Source: Bispira polyomma (taxonomy: Eukaryota). Taken from it: a stretch of DNA of 64,000 bases. The DNA lies in NCBI GenBank assembly GCA_965649765.1, contig OZ287752.1, forward strand, positions 42,532,001 to 42,596,000, read 5' to 3'. Under the pieces are notes generated by a model. The model was not told where the DNA came from. It saw nothing but the letters and a program-made list of their open reading frames with translations, and did no database searches. A program made the translations under genes and the position numbers. Below are positions 50,225-63,146 of this stretch, in pieces (positions within the stretch are counted from its first letter, which is position 1; each line of letters starts with the position of its first letter).

Positions 50225-50447
50225 CCCTTTGTTTGTTTGTTTATTTGGCACAAGTTTTAGATAAACTACTGAAAACTAAAAATAATTGAACAGATTTACA
50301 TGAAATTTGGTGGGGGACGGAACATGTGAATATGGAATAAAATCCATTAAACTATGGAGCTGATCCAGATAGATGGGCAGAATGTTTTATCGTTTGGCAG
50401 TATGGTGCCTTGGCAGACGTATTGGGTCTACTGAGTGCTCTTCTATC
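50225..50447 (+). mobile_element. HINE/Helentron-like element
   Basis: (TTTG)n, TGAAATTTGGTGG, GCTGATCCAGAT, CCTTGGCAGACGTATTGGGTCTACTGAGTGCTCTTCTA; same organisation as 8830-8992. Confidence 0.6.
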
Positions 50448-52129
50448 TCAGTTATGTCCCACTGGCAAGCTTAGCAATCCTGCCAGCAATGATGGATGAT
50501 TATTGAAGCCTCACTTTATAACAAAAAGTGTCAGTTTCTAGTGCTTCTCTGTAACGTGTTTAAACAACTTTAAGTTTTACAAATTAATAGTTTTAACAAC
50601 ACCGAGTATAACCACATGGCCCAAAAGGCAACATACACCAATTTGAAACTTAATAATATTGCTATGATGCATGCATATTTTAAAAAAAATAAAAGCAAAC
50701 CTAAAATATTATATTTCAACCATGTTTGCTAACCTCAAGTAAATATTAATATTCAGAAATAGCTATAGGTCCCAGTTTAATATTTCTGTGACATAAAACT
50801 AACTGTTCAGTAACTTGGTCAGGTTTTTGTCATTTGGCTTTCCTATCAAGAGTTTATCCATACCAGTCAGACGGTTTTGGGCCATTATAACATCTGATGT
50901 CTCGTCTAAAAGTCACTGTGTCAGAGGGGTTTCCGGATTGGTGTCTATTACAAAGTCAGGGAAGCAATGGGGGGAAGTATCTCCCTCATATATCTAGTTG
51001 TTCCAACAAACCAGTAAAAGCAGTAAACTTCCTATGTAAAAACAAATGTCCGTAGTTGTGTACATAGACACCCTATATATCCTGTCTAATATTGTGTCTA
51101 GGATTAGAACGAACATTCATAGGGACCAATGTTGATATTAGGGCATTTCCATAATGGAAACTCTGTCACACACATAAAGGTTTATGACTAAAGAAATTAT
51201 AGCTTAAATTATCTGTTGCTTAGTATCAATTAAGATATTACTTAAGTTCAAGTTCTGTGTGAATTCTTAAGGAATAATTGCATATACTATTTGTGTTTTT
51301 CTTGTTATTTGTGGAAATTATGTGACAAGTCATTAGAATAATAACTCAAGTTCTGTTGTCAAATGGTGTCTTTAAACAGTTGCTTATAGCAAATTGGGGG
51401 AGAAATATGAAGTTAAAAGTGGCAAAGATGTATTAAAGTTATGTCCGAGGAATGGTCAGATTTGTAGTTTATTTAACACAATACAGCAAATTCAATCATC
51501 TTCCATAGCCTAAATAAGATTTGTTATCACAAGTACAAAATATATTGGCTTTTCTTCCTTTATGCTGAGTTTACCCAGTATTCTATTTAACCAGTAATAT
51601 CTCAGTGGTATTGCAAGTCTTATCAGATTACCAAATATTGGCACTGGTGGCCCCCAGGGGGCACTATTGTAATACAAATAACATGACACCTGTGCTGGAG
51701 GGATTTGGCGCCCTGATTTATATCTATGTAAAGAGATCCCAAAGATATGGGGGAAATGGCTTTCCATCCATCCTGATAGTCAATTGTGTGCACGTCAAAA
51801 CCAAGCCGATTTGGGAGGAAGCCAACACTGTTTGTGCTGAAAACTATTGAATGCTAAGTTTACGACATGAAGGAAGCAGTGGGATTTGATTGTACGGTTA
51901 CTATACTTTTATAAAATGGACATACTTCAGATGACTGTTGTTCAGTATATAGCATCATCACTATTCTGTTAAGATAATCCATGGTATATTATGCAAGTTT
52001 ACTACGGTTCGGTACGAATATTTTCAGATAAAACTATCTTAATAATAATGACTGCTTTGTAAAACATCAACTTAATATTCTGTAGCACTTAATTCTTCAA
52101 AATGGATAGAAAATTGAAAAATGAAACAA

Positions 52130-52600
52130 GTGCAACTGTCTCACTTCTGAATCTTTCATATCTGTTTGAACTTCAATATCAAGTTAAAACCGATGAGGTT
52201 CAGAAATAAACCGACCTCTTTAAATAGCAAGAAAAGCAGCAACCAAAAGCCCATTGCTATGTATGATACTGCATCCCTTAAGAAGCGTGAACAGATGAAG
52301 AGACCATTGGTGTCACTTGCTTTGAAATCAAGAAGGTAACAGTTTTAAAAACACATGGTATTCGACAGGTGAACAGTGTGATTTCTCAAAGTATGAACCG
52401 CTGTGAGTTCTATGACTGAAGCAACATCTTTGAGCTTTTGTAGTTTAGTCAAATTAACTTTACTAGCTCCATACAAAACTGTGTTACCATAGTCCAAGTG
52501 GCAACTGACCAGACACAATTGCAGGTAGAATTTATTATCCTTACTGTAATGCTTACAATCTTACTGCAGTCTTTTAGATAAAACTAGCAATTACAACACA
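52130..52600 (-). mobile_element. Old L2-group LINE relic
   Basis: Minus-strand HLDYGN (~52485-52502) and HCSPVEYHVFLKLL (degenerate LHWLPV motif). Confidence 0.55.
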
Positions 52601-55600
52601 CATGCACGACATGAATGGTCTAATTAGCAAAATAACTCTTCAGCAGGTATTACACTATTGTAATAAATATAGATGAAAAGAAGGATTCTAATAGGTGTTG
52701 CTTTATTATTAATATGAACTTTTAATGATTGCTCTTCTGTGTGTGTTTGAATCAGGCTGTAGATTTACTAAAGGCCGGAAGTTTACATTACAGAAAACCT
52801 TGACCAACTATCTTGTTTTGATTCGCTCAACCAGTGTCTTCCGTGATATGACATGATGGTGTTGAAAGTGATGTTAAACCCAAACGCGACGTAAACTAAG
52901 TATGTAGTAGGACTCCGTGAAACAGGCGTCAGATCCAGACTGAAAGCAATGTGATTTATACAGCTATCAGCATCTAGTCATTTTCATATTTGTGTAGCAT
53001 ATTTATACAGCGATGCATGAGCTTGAGGTCATAAGTCATTGTATAGAGGTCCAGAACACATGGTATTAAAATACACAGTTCAAGGACCGATCTCTAGGGC
53101 AAACCATAGGTTAGAGCAAATGCCTTTGATAAATTAGGTTGGAGCTGGTTACTAGAGGACCTGATTTCGTCTGCGGTAACGAGGTATATGTAGATACATA
53201 GTGGCTTGAGCACTCAAAATAGCAGTCCTCTGCCACTTGTTTCCTATCCTAGGGCAGGCAAGAACATCTTGGAGACGTAGATAGTTGGTCACCCTCATGC
53301 CTCTATTTTCAGTTAGGGGAATGACAATTAATGCTTTGAATCCGTAGAAAGAAAGCAGGGACATATCGCACTAAATATAATAAATAAAATAAATAAATAT
53401 AAATTAGTAAGTGTGTTAGGAGTTTGGTTAGCATCATTGTCCAATACTTAAATGTTTGTTAAATTTAAAAATTGTGGTGAAATCATCAATGGTATCAAAA
53501 TATCCTGCAAGGTCCCAAAAGATTAACAATCTTCTATATGGAAGAGGATTGTAGAAGGTATGGATATTGCTCAGAAAACAGGAAAAATGGACCCCCTCAA
53601 GTATTAAAGGCCCACATCACAAAATTACAACTATTCCAACTTCCTAGTTTTCATCTTACTATCGATCACTCTACTTCTTTGTTGTTGTTTTTATCTTTAC
53701 CAAAAAATCCGCCAAATGGCAGGTTAAATTGGGTGTATGTTGTGGAGCTGTGTTATGAAGAACTAGTCGTGTACTCTTGAGGAACGTGATTAGTGTGACA
53801 TTGGTGAGGGAATCATTCATTAAACAGAGCTTAACAAAGCTTATTGTAGAAGTACAAAAGGATGGAAGGCACACAATGTCGGCCATAAGCCCTCATCTAT
53901 TGCTTAAAGTGTTTAGGTTCAGGTTTGAGTACAGTTTTAGGTCTGACTTCATCCCTACCTTGATAAACTGTAACTGCTTTTAGTCCTTTTACAGTGTTAT
54001 AAAACCGTTGTCACTGAAGCTGTCGTGAGACTACTACTGTAAAAGAACATAAAAAATACACCATTAAATAGTAAAATTGTCAACATTATAATAAAAGCTA
54101 CTTACATTGCATTAAATTAGTTAAGTAGAATACTTTGTGAGACACAATGTCTCACAGACAATGGTAATGTAAAACAATCAAAGACAACCACATTTGATAT
54201 ACTGTTAAAGTAAAATTTTAGCTGCAAGAATGTTTCACTAATTTACTTTTTGAAAAAAAAAACTATTAATTTTTACTATTAATCAATTTAGTTACTAGAA
54301 ATTAATTTTGACTGTCCAATGTCTAGCTAAAGTAAATTCCACTTCTAGGGCAGTATACGAAGCTGTCTCAGATCCCTTAATATAGGTCCCATTTTATGAC
54401 AAAGGTCAAGTGCATGTAGAAATGACATCAAGGTAGACTAAAACCGTGTCTTTTAAGTACTGAACCTCCTTGTAAGCAGGTTTTCTTCTTTTGCCTTTGT
54501 ATTTGACAAAATTCCCGAACCAATGAGCCTCAGTAACTAGGGGTCTTTTTGTGTAACACTGATCAAAGAAACCCATCTCTGACAAGGCCTGAGTGGTCGT
54601 GATACAGCTTTCTACTTCTAACAGCCGTCTTTTAAACTTAATGAACTACCTGGCTATGAAAAATATCCCAGTCTAAGTAAAGGCATGTCAAAAAATGGAT
54701 TGTATTTATCAGGCGCAACCTGATATTGATTTCATTCTGAAAAGGGCTCGGTCATATTGGAAATATGTAAGGCCTTTATTTATTGGTTGGAAACTAAGGG
54801 ATGTCAGATTTATATTATCAGACGATTATCAGACACAGTTTGATATTGCGCCCATGTTGTAAACAATATGTAAGGCCTTCATGGAATGGCTGGAAGCAAT
54901 CAAACCGGCCAAACTGAGGGGTGTCAGTCACACTATACTACGATGCCATTTTTTAAAAGTCTTGTTAAAAGTTTTATAAGTTGTATTATAACTAACACCA
55001 ATTTACGGGTCACAACATTCAATAGGGCTAAGTTTTGAATTAGGTATAACTATAAGTCAGCTATAGGTAGAACTAAATCCTGTGGATATTAAACATTTCA
55101 CTTGAACAGAATCCAGAGACACTTATACAGTGAGCTTGTAACGAGCACAGCTGTTATCACAGCGTGAATCATTGCTTCATGTAATAAAACTATCAATTAA
55201 AACATTGATTTGACCATAAGTTAAAAGATAATGATATATTATTTATTCACCTCTGTAATAGAAAAAAGACTGTTTTGTAAAGGAAAATCAGTGCAATAAT
55301 ATGGAGTTCTCCCTTTATAAAATACAATGGTCAATAAAGAAATGTGGTGTGGACACATAATCACTAATGGGTCATGCTTTGTTATTGTGATTTGTACTAC
55401 TTTATTCATTGTGGTTTTCGATTTTCTACTAGAATTCTATGGCTTAATAACAATAATGAGTTCTAGTAAATATCTAGGCATGTCTCCAAAAAGAATCAGC
55501 TTCTGTCTTGATAAAACTATAACTATGTGTATTGTTGACAAGATCTATAGAATGACTGGAGCAATTTATGTGTCAACGGATTTCTGCTTTAGGTTTTAAC

Positions 55601-58174
55601 TTATTTGTCACATTAACTCAGGTAAGGTTATCTGTAAAGCTACCTTTAGAATTATTTTTATATTTCAATTACACTTTGCAACAGTCTTAGATAAAGATTA
55701 TTTTAAATGATACAGATCGTCGCAAGTAAATCTAGAATGGGAAGACAACTGTATATACCCCAGGTAAGTAATATGTGAATCAAACTCTCCCAACAGATGC
55801 AATATGACAGCACAAGGTGACGGGATGCATAAAATGGGCTGTTTTTGAGCAATTTTAATTATGAGTAAAACAATAAAATGCCTAAGTAAGACAGATCTTT
55901 ACTAACATTTACAAGTAACAATAATCTAAGTCAATATAAAACAATCAGCAGTATAAAAGGAAAATGAAAAATATATAAGGGCTTTGAAACAGGTCACAGT
56001 CAGAAAGAGATGTGTGATGTTTTTATCTTGAGATGCTTACCAAAATGAGGACATTGAGTAGGCTCTTCTAATGATTTCAAGTCTGAGTCTTAGGTGTACT
56101 TAAATTGTGCTGCATACCCATAGCTAGATCCCCCTTGACATTAGAATGTACAAGAGGACATTGCTAGGATACACACTCCAAAGTGTATTCTTAGTCCCAG
56201 ATGATATTACAACATTCTGTAGCTTTTAACCGGGCGCCATTGATATCAGGACAGCTCCAGGGTGAGATTAGGAGCTTTGTAGGGACACACTAGTCTGAGA
56301 AATGAGGAAGCTACAATCATAGAGAATCAATGTAACAAACACTACTTAGACAAAAGGTACATTTCCAGTATTGATAGATTTATTGATAGATTTGTTTTCC
56401 GTTTTACATTCTAAAAGACAGACCTCTATGGTAAACCTTTCTTGTACTTTGATTTGTCTAAAAACTGAATAATACAGGGCTAAGATTTACAATTTGTATT
56501 AAAAAACTAGTAATTGTGTACTTGTATAGAGACAAACAAGTATAATGAGAGAAATGTCTATCATATATTCCATACTAAATACTTTGTACCAGAAGAAGAA
56601 ATTTTTCTTTTAAATTACCATTCCTTATCTGGTTAGTATTTCTATACGAAGGTAATGGAAATACATTTGCTATCAACTACTGCAGCAGGCCTAATGGTCA
56701 TGTAACTGGAGCTGGACATAAAAGAAAAACTTCTTAAATGTACAAAATCCAATAGACATAACCAAATGATGGATTTACAACCCATCTGTAACTGTAACCC
56801 CAGCTGTAGCCTGTCACATACTAATAAACAGATCTCTAAAATCAAATATGTGTGGGGAGGAAATTACAGCCCAGAGACTAAGGTCAACAGCCAGCCAGTC
56901 TGTGTCCTGAACAGTTAGGGCAATGGCAATGGCAGTGGCAATGGTTTCAACAGGATAAACTTCTTCTTTTTTTTATCGTCACTTTTAACAACCATGCATT
57001 ACATCACTAAGGGCACTTTGTCGGGGGAGGAAATTAGAACAGGGTAGTTGGTCATATTCCTAGTTCCTGGCTGACCTTTAAACCGCCAGCTTTTAACAAG
57101 TCTTCTGCCAATTTCACAACATGTCATGGCTCGAAAGTCAACCCTCCCTATACAGCATGCAACATAAGCCCAGAATGTAACATTTTCTCGAGGCAGATAT
57201 GTTGGTTCATATCCTGGCTGGAGGTGGTGAAATAGTAATTTAGTGGGCGATAACTTAGGCAGTTTAATGGAATATTGATGTCTCTTCAACCAGCCTTATT
57301 GCTTGAACAATAGCACAGCCCAAGACGGGTAATATTGATATATCTGTGGCAGCTTATTTGACCAAGTAGGGACTTGTTCTCTTCTGTTTTCTGTTATATG
57401 TGATATATTGGTCCAGTTTACTTGCTCTTTGTCAGAATAAATCAGTGGGTAAAAAGACTATTTTAATGAGAAAGTCAGTATGTCTGACCTTGCTTTTTTA
57501 ATAATTGCAAAATGATACACAGACTAATCAATCAGAGCAAATATGATAACAAACGAATCTACTTACAAGAGAAAACTGCTTCTTGACAGTTAAATGACAC
57601 ACCCCACCCATTATAAGTGGTAATAAGGGCGGCATCTATGTGACATGACAAATGGAGCTGTCCAATCATATTCTTTGCTGATGAAATCTCCGAGGCAATG
57701 AGATGAACTGGTTGTCGGTAATATGCACTTGATTCTAGATTCTACCCCGGGCAGAATAAGAGATCATTGGCAACTGACTGCTGACTCTATTAACCTTTGT
57801 GTCAGGGATTGCTGTAGATCTACAGGTCTCGTTACTGAGTTATATATGTAAGGACATTACAAAGGGCAGTGATGTTTTACAGGGGTAATTGTTGTTGAAA
57901 AAACAAACAAGGGTTTGGGGATGTAGTCTGCATTCAAATAAAGCAAGGTTGTACTTATGACAAGGTCTTGATTGGGGCTTTTTTGTGAAATAAGTACTTG
58001 CTTTATTATCTAAATTGTATTAATGTACTTTGACTGTACATATGCCAGACCAGTCGTACGGAGGGCCAGTAGTTCTTCTTATCTAAATAAATGACAGTGA
58101 AGAATGGTAACAAATGTGAATGGCATAGTGTATTAGCCAAAGTTTTATTGTTTCAGTTAAACCCTCTTTGTCAA

Positions 58175-58300
58175 ATTATTATTACATTTTATTTTTAAAG
58201 CGCTTTATTGATGCTAGGCATCTTGTAAATCGCAACAGCAGAATCAGTGATCAAATCGTAAAGTCCATTAGCATAGCAAGGTTGTAAGGTCAGGCGGTTT
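58175..58300 (-). mobile_element. LINE 3' UTR fragment, same family as 26433-27905
   Basis: CTTTATTGATGCTAGGCATCTT..AAA..GCAACAGCAGAATC is near-identical to 26462-26505. Confidence 0.85.
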
Positions 58301-58629
58301 AAAAACTGGTTCATGAGAAACCAACCAGACTGGGTGTTAACCCACCCCATAGTGTCCGGCGGCAAGGGGCGCAACTCCATGGCATCCTTCACATGGTGAA
58401 GGGTGCCCCAGTCCCATATTGTTAAAGGCTAATAAAATAAATAAGTGTTGTTGGATATTTATGTGTATTGTCTTTTATTATTAGACTCAAATCACTGGCT
58501 TAAAAATGCTGGAAAATGTTGGAAAAACAAATATATATAAACATTTTATCAAATTCAATTTGGTTGAGATTGTGGTGTAGAGAGCAATAAATTAATTTGT
58601 TTTATATCCTAAGCTAAAATTTATGCATG

Positions 58630-61209
58630 AAGGGCATATCCTAGAGGTAAAACATCCCGACTGTTAGGCCCATGTACCTTGTGTTATTGTAAGGGCATAT
58701 CCTAGAGGAAAACATCCCGACAGTTAGGCCCATGTACCTTGTGTTATTGTAAGGGCATATCCTACAGGAAAACATCCCAACAGTTAGGTCCATGCACCTT
58801 ATGTTATTGTAAGGACATATCCTAGAGGAAAACATCCCGACAGTTAGGTCCATGTACCTTGTGTTATTGTAAGGGCATATCCTAGAGGAAAACATCCCAA
58901 CAGTTAGGCCCATGTACCTTATGTTATTGTAAGGGCATATCCTACAGGAAAACATCCCAACAGTTAGGCCCATGTACCTTATATTATTGTAAGGGCATAT
59001 CCTACAGGAAAACATCCCAACAGTTAGGCCCATGTACCTTATGTTATTGTAAGGGCATATCCTACAGGAAAACATCCCGACTGTTAGGCCCATGTACCTT
59101 GTATTATTGTAAGGGCATATCCTAGAGGAAACATCCCAACAGTTAGGCCCATGTACCTTATGTTATTGTAAGGGCATATCCTACAGGAAAACATCCCAAC
59201 AGTTAGGCCCATGTACCTTATATTATTGTAAGGGCATATCCTACAGGAAAACATCCCAACAGTTAGGCCCATGTACCTTATGTTATTGTAAGGGCATATC
59301 CTACAGGAAAACATCCCGACTGTTAGGCCCATGTACCTTGTATTATTGTAAGGGCATATCCTAGAGGAAAACATCCCAACAGTTAGGCCCATGTACCTTG
59401 TGTTATTGTAAGGGCATATCCTAGAGGAAAATATCCCGACAGTTAGGCCCATGTACCTTGTGTTATTGTAAGGGCATATCCTAGGGGAAAACATCCCGAC
59501 AGTTAGGCCCATGTACCTTATGTTATTGTAAGGGCATATCCTAGAGGAAAACATCTCGACAGTTAGGCCCATGTACCTTATGTTATTGTAAGGGCATATC
59601 CTAGAGGAAAACATCCCGACAGTTAGGCCCATGTACCTTATGTTATTGTAAGAGCATATCCTAGAGGAAAACATCCCGACAGTTAGGCCCATGTACCTTA
59701 TGTTATTGTAAGAGCATATCCTAGAGGAAAACATCCCGACAGTTAGGCCCATGTACCTTGTGTTATTGTAAGGGCATATCCTAGAGGAAAACATCCCAAC
59801 AGTTAGGCCCATGTACCTTATGTTATTGTAAGGGCATATTCTACAGGAAAACATCCCAACAGTTAGGCCCATGTACCTTATATTATTGTAAGGGCATATC
59901 CTAGAGGAAAACATCCCAACAGTTAGGCCTATGTACCTTATATTATTGTAAGGGCATATCCTACAGGAAAACATCCCGACTGTTAGGCCCATGTACCTTG
60001 TGTTATTGTAAGGGCATATCCTAGAGGAAAACATCCCAACAGTTAGGCCCATGTACCTTATGTTATTGTAAGGGCATATCCTAGAGGAAAACATCCCAAC
60101 AGTTAGGCCCATGTACCTTATGTTATTGTAAGGGCATATCCTACAGGAAAACATCCCGACTGTTAGGCCCATGTACCTTGTGTTATTGTAAGGGCATATC
60201 CTAGAGGAAAACATCCCAACAGTTAGGCCCATGTACCTTATGTTATTGTAAGGGCATATCCTAGAGGAAAACATCCCAACAGTTAGGCCCATGTACCTCA
60301 TATTATTGTAAGGGCATATCCTAGAGGAAAACATCCCAACAGTTAGGCCCATGTACCTTGTGTTATTGTAAGGGCATATCCTAGAGGACAACATCCCAAC
60401 AGTTAGGCCCATGTACCTTATGTTATTGTAAGGGCATATCCTACAGGAAAACATCCCAACAGCTAGGCCCATGTACCTTATGTTATTGTAAGGGCATATC
60501 CTACAGGAAAACATCCCGACTGTTAGGCCCATGTACCTTATGTTATTGTAAGGGCATATCCTAGAGGAAAACATCCCAACAGTTAGGCCCATGTACCTTA
60601 TGTTATTGTAAGGGCATATCCTACAGGAAAACATCCCAACAGTTAGGCCCATGTACCTTATATTATTGTAAGGGCATATCCTACAGGAAAACATCCCAAC
60701 AGTTAGGCCCATGTACCTTGTGTTATTGTAAGGGCATATCCTAGAGGACAACATCCCAACAGTTAGGCCCATGTACCTTATGTTATTGTAAGGGCATATC
60801 CTACAGGAAAACATCCCAACAGTTAGGCCCATGTACCTTATATTATTGTAAGGGCATATCCTACAGGAAAACATCCCAACAGTTAGGCCCATGTACCTTA
60901 TGTTATTGTAAGGGCATATCCTACAGGAAAACATCCCGACTGTTAGGCCCATGTACCTTGTGTTATTGTAAGGGCATATCCTAGAGGAAAACATCCCAAC
61001 AGTTAGGCCCATGTACCTTATGTTATTGTAAGGGCATATCCTAGAGAAAAACATCCCAACAGTTAGGCCCACGTACCTTGTGTTATTGTAAGGGCATATC
61101 CTACAGGAAAACATCCCAACAGTTAGGCCCATGTACCTTATGTTATTGTAAGGGCATATCCTACAGGAAAACATCCCAACAGTTAGGCCCATGTACCTTA
61201 TGTTATTGT
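58630..61209. repeat. 60-bp minisatellite, ~43 highly homogeneous copies
   Basis: Unit AAGGGCATATCCTA(G/C)AGGAAAACATCCC(A/G)AC(A/T)GTTAGGCCCATGTACCTT(A/G)T(G/A)TTATTGT; columns stay in register in the 60-nt lines except for a 1-bp loss near 59130. Confidence 0.99.
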
Positions 61210-61952
61210 TACCAGTATAAAGTATACCCCCCCCCCCCCTTTAAGTTATGCCCTGAAACTGATATTAGATTACCACCTACAAATAAATTATCCCATGTTT
61301 TTCTTATCTTAAACGAGCTTCATTTATTTTATGTGCAATCCCACATGCAGCATATGTCATCAAGGTAGTGATTATCTTGAGATATGGGTATATTCATTCA
61401 ATTAGAAATTACTATTTAATTACATATTCATATGTGCCTTACTTCATTCTTAATTAAATAGGTTAGGTGTCTAACTGGCTATAATGTATCAAATGTATGT
61501 CCCATTGAATTATCAGGCATACTATATTATGTAGTAATTAAGATAATTTTAGTATTGTCACTACCAATGCTTGTACTGCAGCACACGATTGTTACTTTGA
61601 GGCCAGACCACCATTGGGCCATTCTGTAAAGTATACAGGAATATTATTCCATAATTATACTTTCTATATTGAACCTAATGGCGGAGGTTTACACTCCACT
61701 GAGTGCTCATGTCTTAAATGCAATGATGGTATAACCAGTTGTATTTATTTTCCTCTCTTCCCCTTTGAGTTCCGCTTACCTTAAGCCTTATTTGACCGCC
61801 GCTGTCTGTCTGTGCTGTTCAATCCTGCACTGTACATTGACTTATTGACACAGTATTTAGTCTAATCTGTCCTAGTTGTAACGTCTTTGTCAGCCTACTT
61901 CAAAGTCTTATACTAAAGAAATTCTAAGTACAATTATGGTGTGGCCGTTTAA

Positions 61953-62271
61953 AGAGAGGAATATACCTGGCCGATTTTGCTTCCGAATCCGTCATCCGAT
62001 GTCCGTTTTAGTCATCCGATGTCTGAATTTGTAGATATTACTACATCCGAAAAACTAGCTGTTTTTTTTTGTTTTTTTTATTTTTGAGTTTTGTTCCTAC
62101 TATTGTTTGAATCTAAATACTATTGTGTAGGTGTTAATTCATTCCACCTTTCCGTCAGTCATCCGAAAAAATTAGGCTCCCAATTCGGACAGGTATATTG
62201 CACTTGATTTATTTTTTTTCGGATGACTGAAACGGATGACGAATCAGATTCGGGCATGTCTATTGGCCCCT
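61953..62271. mobile_element. TTAA-flanked MITE (Kolobok-like ends)
   Basis: TTAA at 61949 and 62272; AGAGAGGAATATACCTGGCCGA vs reverse complement AGGGGCCAATAGACATGCCCGA; subterminal GTCATCCG / CGGATGAC repeats. Confidence 0.7.
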
Positions 62272-62399
62272 TTAAACTTTATCGTCCAAATCTCCCCCTC
62301 CCCTTTAATTGACTAACCTGTGTGTGCTGTTTAATCCCCCCCTGTACACATTGATTTGTTGTTGACTTCTTGATACAATGTTGAGAGTTGTTTTTCAGG

Positions 62400-62780
62400 G
62401 CGGGGGTTTGACCACTAGACTTCATTCAGCTGCTGTGGAGAATTAGTGTGCGTGGGTGGTCAGTTGTTCTTCCCTTGCTGACCCTGGCTGACCACCAGCA
62501 ACATCAAAACAGATACCATTGAAATGCAATGGCGAGCAGCGGGGTAACAACATTAGTATCCGACCACTGAAGGCATTTCACGGCAAATCAATAGATGTAA
62601 GAGTACATTGGGGTAATTACCGCCGATTTGTAATAAATTGCTGACCAGAGGAAGGAGAAACGCTTTGGGCATTAGGGCCAAAAGGAGTCTGCAGGAACCG
62701 GAGAATGAAACAGAGCTGTAGCTATTGTGTGGGTCCATTTGTGAACCATATGGAATTGCCAGGGTTGTCAGATACCATTT
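62400..62780. promoter_or_regulatory. Candidate enhancer with GLI consensus site cluster
   Basis: TGGGTGGTC at 62453 plus GACCAC cores at 62410, 62490 and 62562, and a TCF-like ACATCAAA at 62501, in a GC-richer unique block. Motif evidence only. Confidence 0.3.
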
Positions 62781-63113
62781 TAGTTTGTTTCTACACTTGA
62801 CAAAAAAACAAGCTGGAAAGGGCACGCCATTTTGCCAAATCAGAAAAGTTCTCAACGAGAAAAAGAGAGCAGACTAATGTGTCTTTTTAACGTCACTTCT
62901 CAAACAAAAACAAAAAGAAATTGGACTATAAACTAGTTTAGTTCTGCTGGCCAGGCGAAATTGCATTTCTCCGTTTTCTGTGGGTGTCTCACCCATTAAG
63001 TGCTGAAGCTGTTATGTGGTAATTGACTGGTTAATAAGCAATACTGATGGAATAAATACACAGATGTTGAGAGTTTTACTATTCTCTCTTCCCACAGATC
63101 CTTAACATCACTC

Positions 63114-63115
<2 letters not shown>

Positions 63116-63143
<28 letters not shown>
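63116..63143. repeat. (GA)n microsatellite
   Basis: About 14 AG units. Confidence 0.95.

Positions 63144-63146
<3 letters not shown>

Noticed and set aside
59084-61192. 702-aa ORF as a confident CDS
   Set aside because: Lies entirely within a 60-bp minisatellite with no unique domain; kept only as a testable finding.
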